From IMG/VR virus record IMGVR_UViG_3300045988_166160: a stretch of DNA of 37,490 nucleotides; one strand, written 5' to 3'. The stretch is from a virus. The translations under genes and the position numbers were made by a program. Shown piece after piece: positions 34,009 to 37,490 of the stretch. Every line of letters starts with the position of its first letter. The first letter of the stretch is position 1. Under the pieces are notes generated by a model. That model had not been told where the DNA came from. It was given only the letters and a program-made list of their open reading frames with translations, and searched no databases.

Positions 34009-34443
34009 ATGAATCCAGAAGAATATTTAGAAAGCCTAGAAAAGCGTAGAAAATGGTATTCTAACAAATCTGGTACTAATAGAAAGAGGTATCAAATTTC
34101 TTCAGTTATTAAAATAGTTCTTATAGGGCTTGTTCCTGTTGTGAGTCTAAATGAGTTTAATTATTGGTTTTATCCATATTTAGTTCCATTACTTTCATTT
34201 GGTGCAATAATAACAGAAGGAATTCAATCTATATATCAATTTAAAGATAACTGGATTAATTATAGAAACACTTCAGAAAAATTAAAAAGAGAAATTAGTT
34301 TATTTAAAACTAATTCAGGAGTCTATAGAACAACTCCTGAACAAACATCTTACAATCTTTTTGTAGAAACATGTGAAGCTATTATGTGCGAAGAAACTTT
34401 AACGTGGGTTGATAACACTTCAAATATAGAAATTACTTCTTAA
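34009..34443 (+). CDS. DUF4231 / SLATT-family two-TM protein (predicted membrane effector)
   Basis: [18 protein letters not shown] is followed by two hydrophobic helices ([13 protein letters not shown] and [16 protein letters not shown]). Then comes [29 protein letters not shown], which matches the W..YR...E.L..E......Y hallmark of DUF4231. Confidence 0.7.
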   Translation: MNPEEYLESLEKRRKWYSNKSGTNRKRYQISSVIKIVLIGLVPVVSLNEFNYWFYPYLVPLLSFGAIITEGIQSIYQFKDNWINYRNTSEKLKREISLFKTNSGVYRTTPEQTSYNLFVETCEAIMCEETLTWVDNTSNIEITS

Positions 34444-34670
34444 ACATATGGAGTTAATTCTTCATCATCATCTACAGCTTCATATGTTTTTTCAAATATA
34501 TCAGGTTTACAAGGATATTCTTCACCTCTTAAACCTGTAATTATATAATCACCAACATCAGCTTTTAATGAACCTTCTAAAGTATTTATTACTAATTCTT
34601 TATCGGTTTTATAAGCTGTTATTATAACTGGTTTTTTTCTATATTTTTTTCTTTGTACCAATTCTATCAT
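34440..34670 (-). CDS. Small PGDYG-like phage protein, antisense-oriented inside the cargo cassette
   Basis: [12 protein letters not shown]...[37 protein letters not shown] matches the PGDYG-family pattern. The SD abuts the ATG, so TTG at 34661 is an alternative start. Confidence 0.55.
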   Translation of the reverse strand: MIELVQRKKYRKKPVIITAYKTDKELVINTLEGSLKADVGDYIITGLRGEEYPCKPDIFEKTYEAVDDDEELTPYV

Positions 34671-34721
34671 CTCCTATTTAACTTTATTTATTAATTATAC
34701 ATTAAAGGAGTGAATACATAA

Positions 34722-35150
34722 ATGATATATAAACTTTTTATTAGCCATGCATGGAAATATAATGAACATTATGACAATCTAGTAAATAAATTAAATTCTT
34801 ATGAAATTAGTAGCAATTTTAATTTTATGTGGTATAACTACTCTGTACCAAAGGAAAAACCATTACTTGATCCTGACTCCCCACACAGCAATGCTAAACT
34901 AACGGCTGCACTAGATGAACAAATTAGACAAGCTTCTTGTGTCTTAATTATTGCAGGCATGTATGTACCATACAAAAAATGGATACAAAAGGAAATAGAC
35001 TTAGCTAAAAAATATAATAAGAAGATTATAGGTATTAAATTATGGGATTCAGAAAGAGTTCCTATAGATGTTCAAATTGCTGCTGATGTTATGGTAGGAT
35101 GGAATACACCTACTATAGTAAAATCGATAGAAAATCTAGTTGGAAAATAA
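34722..35150 (+). CDS. TIR-like domain protein (MTH538 / DUF1863 / ThsB-like)
   Basis: KLFISHAWKYNEHYDNLVNKL forms the beta-A strand and first helix. SCVLIIAGMYVPYKKWIQKEIDLAKKYNKKIIGIKLW...VP......VMVGW fits the ThsB-type TIR-like pattern, including W87-x3-E91. Confidence 0.7.
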   Translation: MIYKLFISHAWKYNEHYDNLVNKLNSYEISSNFNFMWYNYSVPKEKPLLDPDSPHSNAKLTAALDEQIRQASCVLIIAGMYVPYKKWIQKEIDLAKKYNKKIIGIKLWDSERVPIDVQIAADVMVGWNTPTIVKSIENLVGK

Positions 35151-35265
35151 ATAGGAAATAAATAAATTGGTACAGGTTTAATAAAGGTTAATGTTAATAT
35201 TAATATTGACTTTTATTTTTTAACTTCTAACCGAACATACATTCTAATAAGAAAGGGAAATTAAA

Positions 35266-35724
35266 ATGGAATATGAAAAACTTATGATTAAATATGATAA
35301 ACATGTAAAAATTAAAGAATTACCTTTAAAGTATGGATTTAAAGGTTTATATAAAAATAAAAAAATAATAATAGATTCTAATATAGAAACAAATAAGGAA
35401 AAGACTTGTATACTTGCTGAAGAGCTTGGACATCATTTTACTAGTTATGGAGATATAATTGACCAAAGCGATATAAGAAACGTTAAACAAGAGCTTAGAG
35501 CACGTGCCTGGGCATATGAAAGACTTGTTGGAATAGTTGATTTAATTAATGCTCATAAAGCTGGTGTTAGAGGAAGATATGAACTTGCAGAATTTTTAGA
35601 AATTCCAGAATGGTTTTTACTTGATGCTATCGAATATTATAAGAGTAAGTATGGTACATGCTATAAAATTGATAACTATTTAATATACTTCTCTCCTAAT
35701 TTTGGAATAATAGAATTTTTTTAG
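35266..35724 (+). CDS. ImmA/IrrE-like (COG2856) putative metallopeptidase with a non-canonical motif
   Basis: Size, position upstream of int and ILAEELGHHFTSYGD resemble ImmA anti-repressor proteases. However, the HEXXH first His is replaced (EELGH). Confidence 0.55.
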   Translation: MEYEKLMIKYDKHVKIKELPLKYGFKGLYKNKKIIIDSNIETNKEKTCILAEELGHHFTSYGDIIDQSDIRNVKQELRARAWAYERLVGIVDLINAHKAGVRGRYELAEFLEIPEWFLLDAIEYYKSKYGTCYKIDNYLIYFSPNFGIIEFF

Positions 35725-35751
35725 TCAATAATATACAGCGAGGTGATATAA

Positions 35752-37314
35752 ATGAATGTTGCTATCTATGCAAGAAAATCAAAAGCCACTAAAAAAGGTG
35801 AATCTATTTCTAATCAAATAGAACTTTGTAAAAAATATTTTCTGAATACAACAAATGAAGATGTTAATTTTCTTATATATGAAGATGAAGGTTGGTCTGG
35901 TGGAAATATTAATAGGCCCCAGTTCACTAAAATGATGAATGATGCGAAATTAAAAAGATTCTCTGCCCTTATATGCTATAGATTAGATAGAATTGCTCGT
36001 AATGTAGCTGACTTTTCTTCTACTTATAAAATATTAGAAGAAAGTAATATAGCTTTTATAAGTATAACAGAGCAGTTTGACACCAGCACTATAATGGGTA
36101 GAGCTATGATTAATATTAGTGCTACATTTGCACAAATTGAAAGGGAGACTATAGCTGAACGTATAAAGGATAATATGCTTGAGCTATCTCGTACTGGTAG
36201 ATGGTTAGGTGGTACTCCTCCTCTGGGTTTTAAATCAGTTCAAATAACAGAAAATAATAAGAGAATGTATAAATTAGAAGTTGTTGAGGAAGAAATTGAA
36301 ATAGTAAGGCTCATATATAAGCTATATCCCGAATATAAGAGCACTGTTCCCATAGCAAGGTATTTAGTCTCTAATTATATAAAAGGAAAAAATGGGGGCG
36401 ATTTTAGCAGAAATACAGTACTGCAAATATTAAAGAATCCTGTTTACTGTTGTTCTGATGAAAATGCAATAAAATATTTCGAATCTAAAGGTTCAACTCT
36501 TAATTGTAGTGAAAATAATAAATATGGTCTAATGGTCTATAATAAAAGAAAAGGTGGAAAGAAGGAAAATCCTATTGAAGAATGGATTATTGCTACCGGT
36601 AAACATCCTGGTATTATTCCTGGAGCTGAATGGGTAGAGTGTCAAAATATTTTATCAGAAATTTCAAGTAAAACATCCCCAAGAAAAGCTACTGGCAATA
36701 AATTTTTATTAAGTGGAATGTTAAAATGTTCAAGATGTGGTTCTAGTATGTGCTCTTGGAGTAGAACATCTAAAGGTATCTATTATAGAAGTTATAGGTG
36801 TGAATTAAAAAATAGATCTTCTAATAGATGTGACTCAAAAATGGTCAATGCTGATGAGCTTGAACAATTTGTCATAGATTTATGTAAAAATATTAATATT
36901 GAAGATATTATTAATATTAAAAGAACAAAAAATAATAATGCTTCATTAAAAAGAGAACTAACATCATTAAATAAAAATCTTAATGAAAATTATAAATTGC
37001 TTCAAGGCCTTATTAAAAAATTAGCATTAATAGATGATATTGATGTTCTGTCCATGATCCAAACAGAAATAAAAAAAATAAAAACTGAAAATGATAATAT
37101 TAATAAAAGAATAAATGAAATTAATATTTCTATGTTTGATGTTGAAGATGAAGAAAATAAAAAACAACTACTTTTAGAAAGTCATAAACTTTTTATAAAT
37201 ACAATTGATTTAATTGAAGATGTTGAAGCTAAAAGAAATTTAATAATGAACTTTATTGAGTATTTTACCTATGACAGCGAAACAAATGAAGTTGGATATA
37301 AACTAAGGTTGTAG
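35752..37314 (+). CDS. int: Large serine recombinase (integrase)
   Basis: The resolvase domain has VAIYARKS (Ser10 nucleophile) and YRLDRIARN. A recombinase domain follows, then a zinc ribbon (CSRCGSSM...YRCELKNRSSNRCDS) and a C-terminal coiled coil. Confidence 0.9.
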   Translation: MNVAIYARKSKATKKGESISNQIELCKKYFLNTTNEDVNFLIYEDEGWSGGNINRPQFTKMMNDAKLKRFSALICYRLDRIARNVADFSSTYKILEESNIAFISITEQFDTSTIMGRAMINISATFAQIERETIAERIKDNMLELSRTGRWLGGTPPLGFKSVQITENNKRMYKLEVVEEEIEIVRLIYKLYPEYKSTVPIARYLVSNYIKGKNGGDFSRNTVLQILKNPVYCCSDENAIKYFESKGSTLNCSENNKYGLMVYNKRKGGKKENPIEEWIIATGKHPGIIPGAEWVECQNILSEISSKTSPRKATGNKFLLSGMLKCSRCGSSMCSWSRTSKGIYYRSYRCELKNRSSNRCDSKMVNADELEQFVIDLCKNINIEDIINIKRTKNNNASLKRELTSLNKNLNENYKLLQGLIKKLALIDDIDVLSMIQTEIKKIKTENDNINKRINEINISMFDVEDEENKKQLLLESHKLFINTIDLIEDVEAKRNLIMNFIEYFTYDSETNEVGYKLRL

Positions 37315-37341
37315 GTAGCTCTACAGCCTTTCATTTATTAT

Positions 37342-37405
37342 GGACATATGTTGTTATTTAGATTGTGTTGCATCGGCAACCTATTCTAAATAACAGTATA
37401 TGTCC
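37342..37405. repeat. 64-bp imperfect palindrome downstream of int; candidate attP core (or bidirectional terminator)
   Basis: Outer arms are ggacatatgttgttatttaga (37342-37362) and tctaaataacagtatatgtcc (37385-37405), matching at 19 of 21 positions. Inner arms are gttgc/gcaac around atcg. The symmetry centre is at 37373/37374. Confidence 0.5.
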
Positions 37406-37490
37406 ACTTTTATTAATTCCTTAAATGCTCTCTTAACATATTCCTTAAGACACCTTTAGGAGTGCCCTTGTTACCAGCTATTAGATTTAA
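37372..37490. repeat. Terminal direct repeat (identical to 1-119)
   Basis: See the feature at 1-119. It contains a second copy of the 3' end of gene 42-356. Confidence 0.95.

Noticed and set aside
35151-35265. Possible promoter (TTGACT at 35207) and ttaat-rich low-complexity tract upstream of the ImmA-like gene
   Set aside because: No acceptable -10 element lies 16-18 nt downstream of the TTGACT, and the AT-rich repeats look compositional.
37372-37490. The 119-bp end repeat as attL/attR, an LTR-like element or a second gene copy
   Set aside because: Serine integrases do not generate long direct repeats. The repeat is exact and simply continues the circular sequence through a gene, so an assembly overlap of a circular molecule is the simpler explanation. 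A physical DTR cannot be excluded without reads.
1-37490. Scan for tRNA, rRNA or tmRNA genes
   Set aside because: No GC-rich cloverleaf-like segment or conserved T-loop (GTTCGAATC-type) context was noticed by eye in any intergenic region. Without a tRNAscan-type search this is a weak negative.

Overview
The window is an AT-rich, apparently complete and circularly closed genome of a temperate siphovirus-like phage from a low-GC, probably spore-forming Firmicute (Clostridium-like). Bases 1-119 are identical to 37372-37490, so the unique length is about 37,371 bp. All family names come from motif recognition by eye; no database search was run.

Nearly all genes lie on the minus strand in one long lambdoid-style order:
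- cro-like gene and antirepressor
- Spo0E-like gene
- YqaJ exonuclease and RecT
- DnaD-like organiser and DnaC-like loader
- DUF1064 gene and an ArpU/sigma-like late regulator
- TerS, TerL, portal, MuF-like protein, scaffold, capsid and neck proteins
- major tail protein, G/T chaperones and tape measure
- a 2025-aa modular tail fibre, holin and amidase endolysin
- an accessory block: XRE regulator, ParM/ParR actin-type partition cassette, RHH protein and a membrane protein

The plus strand carries the lysogeny operon: HTH repressor, then a cargo cassette, then an ImmA-like peptidase and a large serine integrase.

The most interesting element is that cargo. A DUF4231/SLATT two-TM protein and a ThsB/DUF1863 TIR-like protein, with an antisense PGDYG-like gene between them, sit between the repressor and immA. 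This looks like a minimal TIR-plus-pore abortive-infection module with no recognisable ligand-sensor domain.

Other accessory islands:
- a terminator-bracketed SEC-C-motif protein upstream of TerS
- an island between TerL and portal, flanked by direct repeats, with a YcxB-like membrane protein and a divergent 37-aa hydrophobic peptide driven from a palindromic twin extended -10 promoter
- the ParMR cassette coexisting with an integrase, which suggests a phage-plasmid lifestyle

Also noted: a palindromic operator set embedded in a consensus cro promoter, a candidate attP palindrome, a +1 (not -1) tail-chaperone frame arrangement, and a recent intragenic duplication in the tail fibre.
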